Shown here: in pieces, positions 1-13,844 of the stretch | How positions within the stretch are numbered: position 1 is the stretch's first letter | How the letters are laid out: the number at the start of each line of letters is the position of its first letter | Source of the DNA: Scyliorhinus canicula | Lineage: Eukaryota | Assembly: GCF_902713615.1 (NCBI RefSeq) | Contig: NC_052146.1 | Coordinates: 293,392,000-293,455,999 of the forward strand | Direction of reading: 5' to 3' | DNA: 64,000 nucleotides | Position numbers and translations under genes: made by a program | The notes under the pieces: generated by a model | The model's database searches: none | Seen by the model: only the letters and a program-made list of their open reading frames with translations | What the model was told of the DNA's origin: nothing

Positions 1-1184
1 AATCTCAAAAGGAGTTTCCCTGGTTAAGAAATCAAAAAGTGCTCGTACAATTAGTATAATTGATCTGAGAATACAGGTTGGATAATGCTTGCTATGATTT
101 CTATGCCTGACTTTTTTGAATCAGCAACTTCATACAGTAACACAGCTGCGATCATATGGAGTTCAAGAACACAAACTTAAATTGCTAAACCCAACCTGCA
201 ACATATTAGACGCCGAAGATATAATTCTGATTTAGCAAGAGAATTCTGGGTCAGAAATGCTGAAGCAGGAATTAAATTTGCATGTTTCTGCAATCAGTAA
301 ATAGGCACAGCCCTTTCTGCCGGACTGGAACAGACTATTACTCGCCTTCTGGCCAAATACCACACTAATCTACTTGAAGCTGCAGGTCATACAAAACATA
401 TCTCTCGTCCCAGTAAATATGTCCCCAAAAGAAATAAAGGACAAAGGCAAATTCCAAAAGAGGAAAGGGAAAATAAAGCAGAAAAATTACCCTGCAAGCA
501 ATTTGGGGATACTGTTGTAGTATTTAAAGTAACTGGTGCAAAAAAGTAAAATGAAACCACAACTACAATTGCTATGCAAACTGTAATTGCTCAAGAGTTA
601 AGTGGACATGTTAATTCAGTTTTCACAGCCCAATAAACTGTGTAAACAGCAGGGTTAGATTAAGTTGCGGCAGCATGGTGCAGGTCAAAGCTTCATTGTC
701 GCTTTATCCCAAAATGTGTAAACAAAAAGTGTTAACCAAGATAATTCCAGTAACAAAAATAGTCATTGATTGCCCCAATTCACAATACTCTTGTTTAGAT
801 ATCAGATGGCTGTATGCAGATTAAAACCTCACTCTTGATTTAAACAATGAAAGGCAAAACTGCACTGTCAGAGGTATTATCTTTGAGATGAATTGTTAAT
901 TTAAACCCAGTCTGCTTGTTCAAGTGGCTATAAAATCTGACATTAATTATACATCGCATCCTGGTCAAGATTATTTTCTGAACCGCAACACAGTTTATAT
1001 CAAAATTACAGCACTGAAACAGACCATTATGCCCAACTGGCCAGCCATACAAGCTTTCTCACACTCCGATCATTAATTTATAGATGGTTGTGGGAGGGGG
1101 GGCTTTGATACTTCCTTGGTATTGGGGGTAGATGGGAGCAGGAGGGGAACAATGTCAAAACCTACAAAATCATTTACTATCAGA

Positions 1185-1560
1185 GGGGCAGGTAGTATTG
1201 AGGAAGCAGGAGTGTGGCAGAAGAATCTGGACAGATTAGGAGAGTGGGCAAAGAAGTGGCAGATGGAATACAATGTGGAAAAGTGTGAGGTTATGAACTT
1301 GGTAGGAAGAATGGAGACATAGGCTATTTTCTAAATGGGAAAAGGCTTAGGAAATCAGAAGCACAAAGGGACTCAGGAGTCCTTGTTCAAATCACCGAGT
1401 GTCTTTATGACAGAGATTGATATGTTCTGATAAGGGGATCAGGGATAATGGAAGAAGGCAGGAGAATGGGGATGAGAAACATATCAGCCATGATTGAATG
1501 GCAGAGCAGACTCGTTGGACCGAATGGCCTAATTCTCTCCTATGTCTTCTGGTCCTGAAG
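1185..1560 (+). mobile_element. Deleted CR1 3' fragment
   Basis: LDRLGEWAKKWQMEYNVEKC plus CR1 tail. Confidence 0.85.
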
Positions 1561-2664
1561 ATTTTGCATATTCCTTAGTTGACCCAAGCATTGCGATTAT
1601 GTAGTTTTCATTCGCAACATTTTAATTACAAAATCCTTTTGGCACCGAACTAGGCCATTCTGCCCAACAGGTTCATCCTCCACACAAGCCTTCTCACTTC
1701 ACCTGATTCTATTAACATATTCCTCTATTCTTTCCTCCCTCAAGTGCTTATCTAGCTTCCCCTCAAATGCATCTCAGCTATTCACCTCAACTACTCCTTG
1801 TGGTTGTGAGTTCCGAATTAAAAGTATTCTGTTAAAAAAAACTCTCCTGAATTCCTGGTTGGATTTATTATCAACGATCTTACATTAATGGTCCCTAGTT
1901 TCTGGTCTCCACAAGCAGAAACATCTTTGTTACCTCTACTCTATATCAAACCCTTTCATAAGCCCTCCGGTATCAAATCAGTTCTGAAAGGTAAATTCTG
2001 TGTCACTTCCTCTCCACAGATGTTCCCTAAACTACTAACAGTTTCCAGCACTTTTTATTTTAATATCAGATTATCAATGTCTATGTGCGTCACTGTTCCT
2101 TGAATACTAATAATGCTGCTTCCACAAAATGTGTTGCACCGTCTGAAGAAACACAAATTCTTATTACTGCGCAGCTGTACTGCAAGACTATTTCTGCGCT
2201 GGGAATGTGCTGTGATAGACAGTATTCCAGAGATCATTCACAAATAAATACTCTACAGTGGTAGGTACATTTGTAACACCTCGCTTTCACTAGCGTGTCA
2301 GGGTATTTAGCCAGGTCTCAAAATATTATTACCTAGATGAAAATAAAATATAGTTCTAGATGTTAATTATGACCTTGATTGCAATTGAAGCTAGGCAGGA
2401 AATGATACTGAAATTGAAAATTCTCACCAAACAAAAAAAAACGAACAAAAATCAAACAGAAAAGAGGACGAGATGCGAGGGCAGGTGGCTACTATCAAAT
2501 GATTTGGCCCAGGGATGGAATTGAGCTTGGCTGTTGCAAGACAAGAGAATTTTTTTTTTTTTTTTTTTTAAAGTGTGCTTTTCAGGACCACACATCTCAA
2601 AAGCGATCTACAGCCAACAAAGTATTTCTTTGAAGCCACTGTTGCAATGCAAGAAGCAGAGGCC

Positions 2665-3615
2665 CGCAAGTATCCTAGAGAAAGGGAACTGTAGTGACAT
2701 GTATGACCGACTGGTAGATAGGGACGACACCGTACTGGACGCAACAAGGAGGAAATGGGAGGACGACCTGGGGATGGAGATAGGGTGGGGACTCTGGAGC
2801 GAAGCACTGCATAGGGTCAACTCCACCTCCACGTGCGCAAGGCTCAGCCTGACGCAACTAAAAGTGGTACATAGAGCCCACTTAACAAGAACCCGTATGA
2901 GTAGGTTCTTCCCGGAGGTGGAAGACAGATGTGAGCGGTGCCAAAGAGGCCCGGCCAACCACGCCCACATGTTCTGGTCTTGCCCCAGACTTGTGGAGTA
3001 CTGGACAGCCTTCTTCGAGGCTATGTCCAAAGTGGTGGGGGTGAGGGTGGAGCCATGCCCGATAGTGGCGGTCTTCGGGGTTTCAGACCAGCCAGATCTA
3101 TTCCTGGGGAGGAGGGCGGACGCCCTTACCTTTGCCTCCCTGATCGCCCGCCGTAGAATCCTGTTTGGCTGGCGGTCAGCAGCACCGCCCAGAGCTGCGG
3201 ACTGGCTGTCCGACCTCTCGGAATCTCTCCAAATGGAGAAAATCAAATTTGCCATCCGAGGGTCGGACGACGGCTTCCACAGAACGTGGGAGCCATTCAT
3301 GCAACTGTTCCGGGACCTATTTGTGGCCAATGTACAAGAGGAAGAATAGTCGGGGGAAGGTAGCGGGAGGGGGGGGGGGGGGGGGGGGCTACAGGTTCGT
3401 TACGGGGGTTCGATGGCTAGCTAAGGCCCAAAACCAAGCTACATAAACATGTTGAGGGGGGGGGGGGGGGGGCGCAGTTACTACTACGAAGATGCTTACC
3501 TGTAAATATGTATGTTAATTTTTGCGTGTTTGTTTTTTTTTGTTTCTCTCTCCTAACAATTTGTAATTTGTTCAATATAAAATACGAAAACTGAATAAAA
3601 ACATTTATAAAAAAA
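2665..3615 (+). mobile_element. 5'-truncated young L1 (ORF2 C-terminus plus 3'UTR)
   Basis: TSD AAGAAGCAGAGGCC (2651-2664 / 3616-3629); frame open to 3349 with CERC...HMFWSC; poly-G 3'UTR; poly-A tail. Confidence 0.93.
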
Positions 3616-3811
3616 AAGAAGCAGAGGCCAATTTGTGCACAGCAAGCTCTCACAAACAGCGATGTGATGGTAATGACCAAATGGTCTGTTTTTTGTGAAG
3701 CTGACCGAGGAGTACATATTGGCCGGGACTGCCGAGGGAGTCTCTCTCTTTCTTCCCTCAGAATAGTGCAAATGGGATGGGGGGGGGGGGGTCGGTTTAA
3801 ATAGGAAGATG

Positions 3812-4025
3812 CAAGCAAATTACTGCCGATGCTGGAATCTGAAATAGAAAATGCTGGACAATCTCAGCAGGTCTGGCAACCTCTGTGGAGAGAGGAAGGG
3901 AGCGAACGTGTCGAGTCTGGATGACTCTTGGGTCACAGCTTTGAGAGTCACCCAAACTCGACAGGTTAGCTCCCTTCTCTCTCCACACAGACCTGCTGTG
4001 GTGGTCCAGCATTTTCTGTTTGGGT
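3812..4025. mobile_element. Degenerate Penelope-like palindromic element without insert
   Basis: Same AAGCAAATTACTGC..GATGCTGGA arm, with mirrored CCAGCATTTTCTG; a single arm also occurs at ~50350-50450. Confidence 0.75.
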
Positions 4026-4319
4026 TTAAATGCCTCGTCCTCCGGCACTGCAGCTCGCCCACTGGAGGGGTGGCTCAGCCTGCACTCTGCTGCTCCAAGT
4101 TCAACCATGTTGGGTGATGAGAAGTCGAAGGACAGAGACACACGGTAGGTAGGCAGAAGGACGCAAACACACAGGGAACAGATTAAATTAAAGCATTCCT
4201 GCAAATATAAGCTGTATGGAGGAATGGCAACGAGCGGGGAGGGAGGGTGGACGACGGCTGCTGCTCTAAGGATCAGAGAGCAGCTGTCTGCAAAAGCCAG
4301 CATTCACAACAAACGCAGA

Positions 4320-4900
4320 AACAGGCGGATAAACCGGGCCCAGCCCCCGCGGCCAACACCGAACCACCGTCCGTGACTGAGCTCCCAATTCACTGGCCAG
4401 TTGGAGGTTACCGAATTTTTTTTTTTTAAAAAACGTTGTGTTTGATATATTTGTTTAAATATACAGGAGCTGCCAGTCAAGAGGAGAAAGGGTGAGGAGG
4501 GGACTCACCCGCGGTGGAAGCGGCAGCGGCACCGCTACGGACCGCATCCATCGCCCGCCCAACCAACCAACCAACCCTCTGCTTCAGCCGCCCGCCAGCA
4601 CCAGGCCTTGACCCTGGCGGCCAACGGTCACCGCGCGAGCCGCGTCCCAACGGGGGGGGGGGGGGGGGTCGCGCCGCGCGCTCCCCTCACCTGCTCGTCA
4701 CCGTCTCGCGCGCCGACAGCACAGCTAGCTCGCGCTGTCGATTCTCCCTCTCGGCACATCCGGGTATTTTCAGCGCCTGAGCCCGGGCCAGGTAACGGCC
4801 AACGAGCTCTTGGTACCTGTGCGGCGTCGACAGCGCTTCTGGGCAGCCTCCGCTGCTGCTACCCCCTATCGAGGGGAGAGTGATGGTGCAGGCCACCCGC
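4320..4900 (-). promoter_or_regulatory. CpG island / first exon(s) of a minus-strand gene running off the left end (CNST by synteny?)
   Basis: Very CpG-rich; minus-strand donors CAG|gtgagg (exon end 4691) and CGG|gtgagt (exon end 4509); identity inferred from synteny only. Confidence 0.6.
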
Positions 4901-4912
4901 ATTCCTTTAGCC

Positions 4913-5523
4913 CAGTGTTCTGCAAGCTTTTTTTCTGGGGACCCATTTTTACCAAACAGCCAACCTTCGGGACCCAACCGGGCCGGCCAAACTGCGCGAC
5001 CCACCATTTTCTCTTACCCGGTTTACTGCTGACAAAAATGGAGGAAATGGTTTTGGGTCCCTTTGGCCCTCGTACTCGCTCCTCCAATGGAACCTGTTAG
5101 ATGAAGGTGAAGCCTTCGGGTGTCGGAAAGTATGAAGTCTCCATCTGTCCAAAGTTCTGCATTTTTTTCCTGTAAAATTTAATCAAATAACCCCCCCCCC
5201 CCAACTTGTAAAAACAATTAAAATGAATAAAGTAAATGAATTACTAAAAATTAAATGAGTAAAATAAATGAATAAACCCCCCCAAACTTGTAAAAAAAAT
5301 GAATAAAATAAATGAAAAAAAAAATTAAATGAATAAAAACCTCCCGAACTTGTAAAACAAAAATTTGCGACCGTTTAAAAAAATAGCGGCTGCACTGCGC
5401 ATTGTTTTGCTGCTGCGCGGGGATTTGCGCATTCAGGAGCGTCGCAAAGGACGGCTCTGCAACCCTCCCGACACACGCCCGCGACCCACCCACAGGTCGC
5501 GCCCCGAAGTTTGAAGAACACTG
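4913..5523. mobile_element. hAT/Charlie-type MITE
   Basis: TIRs CAGTGTTCTGCAAGCTT / AAGTTTGAAGAACACTG; 8-bp TSD CTTTAGCC / CTTTAACC. Confidence 0.85.
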
Positions 5524-8425
5524 CTTTAACCCATGGCGCCAAAACTGTAATATGAAACAATTGGAGAAAATTGTACATTTAAAAAAAAAACTTCATTGCT
5601 GTTCCCCTAAAGATAAATCAAGGAAACCCCAGAAATATTTATGTTTTATTTGATCATAGGATATTGCCATCCTCAGTCCTGTAGGTGCTGGGTCTTCTTG
5701 AACTCCTGCTGATGACACATTCATAGTGGAAGAGAATTCTATTACTTTGATCAACAATGGAGAAGGAATGACGATTTAAGTCAGGATTTTGTGGGACTTG
5801 GGACCATCATTAATCAGCCTTCTGCAATGGGTGTCCAAGTCACAGCATTTGTCAGTTCCATTGCCATTCCATGTCAATTGAATGCATGTCCCAGCAACAT
5901 TGACAGGAAAGACCTGATTGTACCAGAAACCACAGTGATGTTATTGAAAAGGGAAATCTGATAGAAACATGCACCATCGCAGAATCTATTTGCAAAAGCA
6001 CTGATGCACTCAATGGTAAGTAAATTCATGACTATTTATTGGGTTGACATGCCTCGTAATCCATATCTTTCTCCTTGTAAGCGCTTGGCCTTCACTCAGG
6101 ATCTGCATCCGAGGTTAGGCTGAGATTGCTACAATCCTATGCTCTAAAACTTAATGGTACTTTGCAGCCTGGCCAGTTTAATTTGTAAATATTCCTTTGT
6201 TTCTCTAGGGTACATTAACCTCCTGGTATATGTTATTTTGCCACTGGCCATGTGGAGTTCGCACATTTGCCCTGTGCCTGCGTGGGTCTCACCCCCACAA
6301 CCCAAAAGATATACAGGATAGGTAGATTGGTCATGCTAAATTGCCCCTTAATTGAAAAAAAAAGAATTGGACACTCTAAATTTAAAACAAAAATCAAGTG
6401 ACCAAAGGCATGTTGGAAACAAATTGTGAGCATGCTTTTGAAAGCAGAGTGGAGGTAAATGTCAACATATCTAAGGTTGTACTGAATATCTACCCAACAA
6501 CAAAACGCTTGTTTTGCACGTCCTCCCCGTGTGTGCGTGGGTTTCCTCCGGGTGCTCCGGTTTCCTCCCACAGTCCAAAGATGTGCGGGTTAGGTGGATT
6601 GGCCATGCTAAATTGCCCGTAGTGTCCTAAAAAGTAAGGTAATGGGGGGGGTTGTTGGGTTACGGGTATAGGGTGGATACGTGGGTTTGAGTAGGGTGAT
6701 CATTTGCTCGGCACAACATCGAGGGCCGAAGGGACTGTTCTGTGCTGTTCTATGTTTCAGGGATGGATGTCTTTGCATTAGTCACTTATGTTTGTTCTTT
6801 TTGTAATCCAATAAAACAGTTTTATAGTCTTTGATATATTTAAATTTAGTATCCATTAACCTTTCTAGTACATGTTGTTAATTCAAAAACTACATTTTTA
6901 TTTTCTCTTAAAAAGTCTGTCAAGGCTTTTCAAATTAGTTTGAGAATTAAAACTGTTTTGCTGGACCCACATTAGCATTCCAACTTAAAAAAAATTATTT
7001 AGTGTACCCAATTAAGGGGCAATTTAGCGTGGCCAATCCACCTACCCTGCACATCTTTGGATTGTGGGGGCGAAACCCACGCAGACACGGGGAGAACGTG
7101 CAAACTCCACACGGACAGTGACCCAGAGCTGGGATCGAACCTGCGACCTCAGTGCCGTGAGGCAGCTGTGCTAACCACTGCGCCACCATGCTGCCCGATA
7201 GCACTCCAACTTGATATTGTGCTTTGAAAGCTTTAAGTGCACTTAAACTGTTGTACCTTTTCCAGTTGCACAAAAAGGATTGAAGACCAGAAATGTTAGC
7301 AGGTATACTCCCGTAACAGTCTTTTGCGTAACTTGTAACATTCAATATGGAGAAAGAAGAGCCTCACCTACTGGGATAATGTGACTGAGAGAAATTACAC
7401 TTACAAATACAGCAATGCGAGATGTGATACAAATCACATACAAAGAAAGTTTATTGCTTTGCATTTCAAAGTTCATGGAAGCAGGATATCAGAGTACCAG
7501 ATCTTGGAATTAAATGAAAATGGGATTAGTTTACTCAGCTGAAAGCATTGGTGATGACAACCAGAGAGAGAATCAATTTAAAATAATTTGTGAACTCTGA
7601 TGCTCAAACACACGACCAAAATAAGCAGTGTTTTGGAGATTGCACCAAAAACCAAGCCAGAAAGCTATGGAACGCTTAAGATTGTCAAGAACAGATTTAC
7701 AAAGAATAAAGAAAATTACAGCACAGGAACAGGCCCTTCGGCCCTCCCAGCCTGCACCGATCCAGATCCTTTATCTAAACCTGTAGCCTATTTTCCAAGG
7801 ATCTACTTCCCACTGTTCTCCGCTCGTTCATATATCTGTCTAGATGCATTTTAAATGATGCTATCGTGCCCGCCTCTACCACCTCCGCTGGCAAAGCATT
7901 CCAGGTACCCATCACCCTCTGCGGAAAATACTTACTGGATATTAATCATACAGAACAAATGTGCCAAATTTTCCAGCTAACAATGGTGCTTGATAGTTGA
8001 CTCTTAACTGACCTAGGAAATGACTTGGCAAGTCAGTCTGTTGTGCTGTCAAGAATGGAGCTCACCATCTTGAGGACACAACAAATTGGCTTTGTCAGAA
8101 GCACCAGCATCATGTGAATTAAAAAAAACTATACGTTATCGAGTTAAAAAAGAAAATGCCATTTGTAAATCACTTTAATTTTATATTTAAAAGTACGCCC
8201 CCCCCCCCCAAGTAAGGGGCAATTTAGCGTGTGGCCAATCCACCTACCCTGCATATCTGTTTGGGTTGTGGAGGTGAGACCCATGCAGACATTGGAAGGG
8301 GGGGGGGGGGGGGGGGGATGTGCAAACTCCACACGGACAGTGACCCGGTCCTTAGCGCCGTGGCCATTTGTGAATCAACCATTAAGTGACATGCACCACT
8401 GGCCAATTGTTGCACCGGATTAGAA

Positions 8426-9477
8426 CAGGGTTTTTCAAAGCGTGGGTCACAACCTGTGGGTGTCGGGAGGGTCTGGAGTGATCAATCACACTGTTCCTGT
8501 GGTGGTCCCGATTACAGGAGAAACGCCCAACGGCCGCTATTGGCTTTTAAATTGAGAATGGCGGCCGCTGCTAAATGAAAAAACAAATTATGCTGTGTGC
8601 AGTCATCAGGCCAGAAGCAGCAGCAGTGACCAGGTCAAGCCCCTGTACATGTTTTTTGCGCCAAATCACATAGGAGACCTGCGTCTATTTTCTAGCTGCT
8701 GGTAAGCAAGGCAAGAGGATTGTGAAGATGGATTGTTTTCTTACAAGAAAGACATGGTCAAGGACACAAATAGGCAGTGTACCTCCTGGACAGGATCTCA
8801 CTGAACCTGCTGGAGAGAGCTGCACAGGAGAGTCCAGGGCAGGACAAAGCAGTGTTAGCTCTGGACAGAGCTCCAAGGCCCCTATTTAACAGTCTACAAA
8901 CAAGCAACTTAACTGGGGAACAATGCAATATAAAGATAATTTCTTGAGGTATGGTTTTGTCAATTGTCCCAATGCAAATAAGGATGCAAAACCCATGTGG
9001 GTTACATGCAGGGAGGTACTGGCAAATGAGAAGTTTCAGATGTTGAAAGAGAAGTGGTGATTGAGAACCCAGAGTCAGTTATTAGCTTACAGCTGACTCC
9101 AAATTAAAAGACAATACAGCTGTACCGGACCTGTGATACCACATTAAAAACATGCCAGAAGCAGGCTATCCAAAATCTGGAGTAGCATCACCCAGGAGTA
9201 TCCAATGCTGAGTAAAACAAGCATTTTGTTGCTATTGCCCTTCACGACGACCTACATGTGCAAGGTTGGATTTTCCGTTGCAGTACAAAGGAACTGGCTG
9301 ATATCTGCACCCAATATTCACATTGTCCTCTCCTCCTTTGAACCCGAATAAAGTAAGATCAAGACCACCCACCAGGCTTCCATTTCGCACTAAAGGTAAG
9401 CGAATGCGACGTGGGTCGCGAAGGCCGGCTGATTTAGCAAAAGTGGGCCCCGGGGGAAAAACGTTTGAAAAACACTG
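8426..9477 (+). mobile_element. Internally deleted hAT-Charlie DNA transposon
   Basis: TIRs CAGGGTTTTTCAAA / TTTGAAAAACACTG; BED-finger remnant FLRYGFVNC...PMWVTCREVLANE; dimerisation remnant WSSITQEYPMLS...LLPFTTTYMCKVGFS. Confidence 0.85.
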
Positions 9478-10253
9478 GATCATTAACTTTTCATTTGTCA
9501 ATTCTCTCACTCATTATGATCTTGTTGCCCACGAGGCATTTGACCATCCAAAACCATAAAGTGAGCATTAGAATTAGAACAGTACAGCACAGAACAGGCC
9601 CTTCGGCCCTCGATGTTGTGCCGAGCAATGATCACCCTACTCAAGCCCATGTATCCACCCTATACCAGTAACCCAACAACCCCCATTAACCTTATTTTTT
9701 TAGGACACTAAGGGCAATTTAGCCTGGCCAATCCACCTAACCATCTCAACAGAGTATTCCCCTAACCAAAATCTAACAGACTTAAGTTTTTTTAAAACTT
9801 GACAGCTGAACAAAATTATTCAATGGGAATTATATTTCATTAATACACTGTTTCAATAAAAATTCATTTGAATAAAAAGCCATTTTTGGATACGTTTAAA
9901 CAGTATCAATAACTGCAATTTGTATTTCTGTACAGTATATATTCTTTACGCTGGTATCTCCTTTCACGTGTGTCAATTGAGCTCTGGCAGGAATTGGAAT
10001 GGCCGACAAAGATCAACATTCCTTGTAATTATAAGGAGGCTATATTGGTGAGTAGGGTCTGCAACATGAAGATTGAAGCCAAGATTTCACTGACAGTGCA
10101 CAGAATATCATTTCAGAAATGGACCATGCTTTTTAGTAATATGCGAAAAAGCACTTGAAGGTCTCCACTGATTTGGTTGCAGTTGAAGCTGCATAGCATT
10201 CACACAGCACTGAGAGATTGAGGAGCTTGACTGTTTTATCCGAAGTTATGCAT

Positions 10254-10446
10254 TCAGATATGCGACACTGTAGAATTGATGTTCTCCAAGACTTCATCAT
10301 AGAGCCAGCTTTGACGGAAATCCTGAGAGTGCTCCATTGCTTCAAAAAGTTCCTTGTATTCCTCTGGATGCACATCACCTGTTAATACATCCCCTGGTAA
10401 ATTGAGTTGCATCAATAACTTCTCTCCACTTCCAGGACACCAGGAT
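10254..10446 (-). CDS. TFB2M: TFB2M last coding exon
   Basis: (E)SWCPGSGEKLLMQLNLPGDVLTGDVHPEEYKELFEAMEHSQDFRQSWLYDEVLENINSTVSHI*; spliced CDS totals 1311 nt (436 aa plus stop) with no internal stop. Confidence 0.93.
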
Positions 10447-11510
10447 CTATGTAATGATTTTAAAAAAAGATTGTGGAGGATTACTTTCTTTATTTAACAA
10501 AATCTTTAAAAGGTCAATTAACATTCATCATGTTTGATTAAGCAGGATAGGTTATGTTTTATTATACCGTACGACATAAATCCAAAGAGAGGTCTTTTAG
10601 ACACGTTGGTGAAGCTCAATTTGATTTGAAACTGAACAACGTTGAAATTAGATTGAATTATTTACTAAATGTCACAGAGAAGCATCAGTAATTATATGGA
10701 GGACAGATAAGTTTTGATTTTGGAATTTGTAATCAAACATAGTTTTGGTGCTGCACTCAGTGTGTGCATGTGTGGAAAAATTAGCTTTTATGTCTGAATT
10801 CAGTAATCAGGCTGAGCTCGTTTAGCTGTGACAGGCAGATCCATGTGTGGTCACTCAAATTTCCCAAAGATCAAGGGAGGCGACATTAAACAGCTACCCA
10901 ATGCAGACGATGAATTTACCCAGAAGCAGAGGATCTTAAAGAAATGCAGAGCACCTCCACAGATGAGATATAAATTCAACTTGCTTTTAAATTCGATATT
11001 TCAGGTGGAATAATTGAGATTTAATGTTCTGATGCCACAGAAGGCAAACACCACCCCTCCCTAAAGAGACAAGGAAACTAATTCATAAAGTAAATGGTGA
11101 AAGTTCTGGAACATTAACAAGTAAAAAAAAAAATTGAATCTTTTCAATGGACCAATCAACTATTACTGTTAACATGTCAACTATCTATGAAGTCTAACCT
11201 TACTTTCAACAATTTACATCACTTTCTGACTCAAATTAAAAAGAGAAAGCAGTCACTAATTAATTACTTCACATAACTGCCTTTGTAATCCTTCAGTCAA
11301 TCACTTTACCTTCTACTTATTGTACACTCAATTAAGTGCTGCAGCTAGCATTCCAAAGTTAAACAAGCTAGTTAATTACTGACTTCTTTCATTCCGCCAA
11401 ACAAATGGACGGCAATGCAGCACAGTGGTTAGCACCATTGTTTCACAGCGACAGGGACCCAGGTTTGATTCCCGGCTTGGGTCACTGTCTGCACTTTCTC
11501 CCCGTGTTTG

Positions 11511-12530
11511 GATTGGATTGGATTTTGTTTATTGTAATGTGTACCGAGGTACAGTGAAAAGTATTTTTCTGCGAGCAGCTCAACAGATCATTAAGTACAT
11601 GGAAAGGAAATAAAAGAAAATACATAATAGGGCAACACCCGGTCCACAATGTAAATACATAACAGTGGCATCGGGTGAAGAATACAGGGGTGTAGTGTTA
11701 ATGAGGTCAGTCCATAAGAGGGCCGTTTAGGAGTCTGGTAACAGCAGGGAATAAGCTGTTTTTGAGTCTGTTCGTGCGTGTTCTCAGACTTTTGTATCTC
11801 CTGCCCGATGAAAGAAGTTGGAAGTAAGCCGGGTGGGAGGAGTCTTTGATTATGCTGCCCGCTTTCCCCAGGCAGCGGGAGGTATAGATGGAGTCAATGG
11901 ATGAGAGGCAGGTTTGTGTGATGGACTGGGCTGTGTTCACGACTCTCTGAAGTTTCTTGCGGTCTTGGGCCAAGCATTTGCCATACCAGGCTGTGATGCA
12001 GCCAGATTGGATGCTTTCCACGGTGTATCTGTAAAAGTTGGTAAGGGTTAATGTGGACATACCGAATTTCCTTAGTTTTCTGAGGAAGTATAGGCACTGT
12101 TGTGCTTTCATGGTGGTAGCGTTGACGTGGGTGGGCCAGGATAGATTTTTGGAGATGTGTACCCCAAGGAATTTGAAACTGCTAACTATCTCCACCTCGG
12201 CCCCGTTGATGCTGACAGGGGCGTGTACAGTACTTTGCTTCCTGAAGTCAATGACCAGCTCTTTAGCTTTGCTGGCATTGAGGGATAGATTGTTGCAGCT
12301 GCACCTCTCCACTAGGTTCTCTATCTCCCTCCTGTATTCTGACTCGTTATTCGAGATCCGGCCCACTATGGTCGTTTCGTTAGCAAACTTGTAGATAGAG
12401 CTGGAACCAAATTTTGCCACGTATGTCGAGTGTGTACAGGGAGTATTGTAGGGGGCTAAGTACGCAGCCTTGCGGGCCCTCGGTATTGAGGACTATTGTG
12501 GAGGAGGTGTTGTTGTTTATTCTTACTGAT
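11511..12530 (-). mobile_element. Rex1/Babar LINE 3' part inserted into a SINE
   Basis: PQGCVLSP, KELVIDFRK, KAQQCLYFLRKLRKF; (CAATC)n tail; TSD TGTTTG splits the SINE at ~11408-12690. Confidence 0.9.
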
Positions 12531-13141
12531 TGTTTGCGTGGATTTTCTCTGAGTGCTCCGGTTTCCTCCTCCCAGAAGTTCCGAGACACGTGCTTGTAAG
12601 GCGAATTGGACATTCTCAGTGTACCTGAACAGGCGCCGGAGTGTGGTGATTAGGGGATTTTTTTGTGACACTAATAAAGATTATAATAAAGAATTAACTC
12701 AAGCTTGTTGCGAATCCTGCCGGGAGGTCTGTGATGCAAATGTTAATGAAATCCCAACTGATTAATGCAAGACAATTTGGATAGCCAAATATGGGAATCA
12801 TTAACTCCATAAACCGAGTACTGAATTTCAGATGCTTCCTTGATGTGGAGTTAAGCACGTTCTTGGTAAATATCTCATCAGAGTATTAATCTTTTTTTTT
12901 CACATATACACACACACACAATTGGATAGTACAGGTTACATCATGCCCAAATATACCAGAACGTTTGCAATGACTCAGAATATAACCCTATTTAGGAAAT
13001 GTGGATAACGATCATGCACTATATTTATCTTAAAGTCCATCAGAATTTCAAATCTACAAAATACTCCAGTACAAGATGATCAGTTATGATAATATGATTC
13101 TGAATGCAAGTCTGGGGAGGGGTAAACTGCTGTATACTTAC

Positions 13142-13290
13142 TCCAGTCGATCAATCAGTTTAGCTTTACGTTTTATAAGGCACTGCTTTAGCATCAGAAC
13201 CAGTGTGGATGAATTGGCAGCTGTCAAGGTCTGAGTGAATAAGTCTCTGCGTGGAGTCAGTCTCACCAAACACAAATGATCGTTTGTTAG
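13142..13290 (-). CDS. TFB2M: TFB2M coding exon 7
   Basis: 149 nt; [49 protein letters not shown]; tgtag / gtaagt, phase 2. Confidence 0.92.
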
Positions 13291-13844
13291 CTACAGAAAT
13301 TTCAAAAGAGACAAGATGATTAATCTCATACTCAAGTCTAATTTTTCTCACTCAACAAGGCAATACTGTTAAACAATGAATAATTACAAAATGTGCAGAA
13401 TTATAAAATTAGAGAAAATACCAAAGGAGAAGGTTCCAATTGGTTTTCCCATTTTAAGATACAAAGATGAAAATAATTTCAAATAACGTGAACAATAAAA
13501 ATATACATTGAGCACCAGTTAGTTACATTTTTACAAGATAGTGATAAACATGTGCATTAGGAAGTAGGCGGAGAGTAATTCCCTTGGAAGGTGGGCAACA
13601 CCTGGGTAATCCAAATACCACTGACAGCAAGCCAGACCACAATTCGACAGTTTAAACCTTCAAAAACAGATTACCCCGTCAAGCACAAAACACACAAAGA
13701 CATTCACTTCTGGGTGCACACATGACAGTGAAAACCAATGTTTGTTACATGGAAACGGTGTGCAAAAATGGGATTCAAAATTATGTTGATATGTACACCC
13801 TATTATTTATAACATCGGAGGTTTGATAACATCATACCTCAAAG

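Noticed and set aside
2534-3349. 271-aa ORF as a host gene
   Set aside because: It is an L1 ORF2 C-terminus whose frame extends by chance into the flank, starting at a non-ATG codon.
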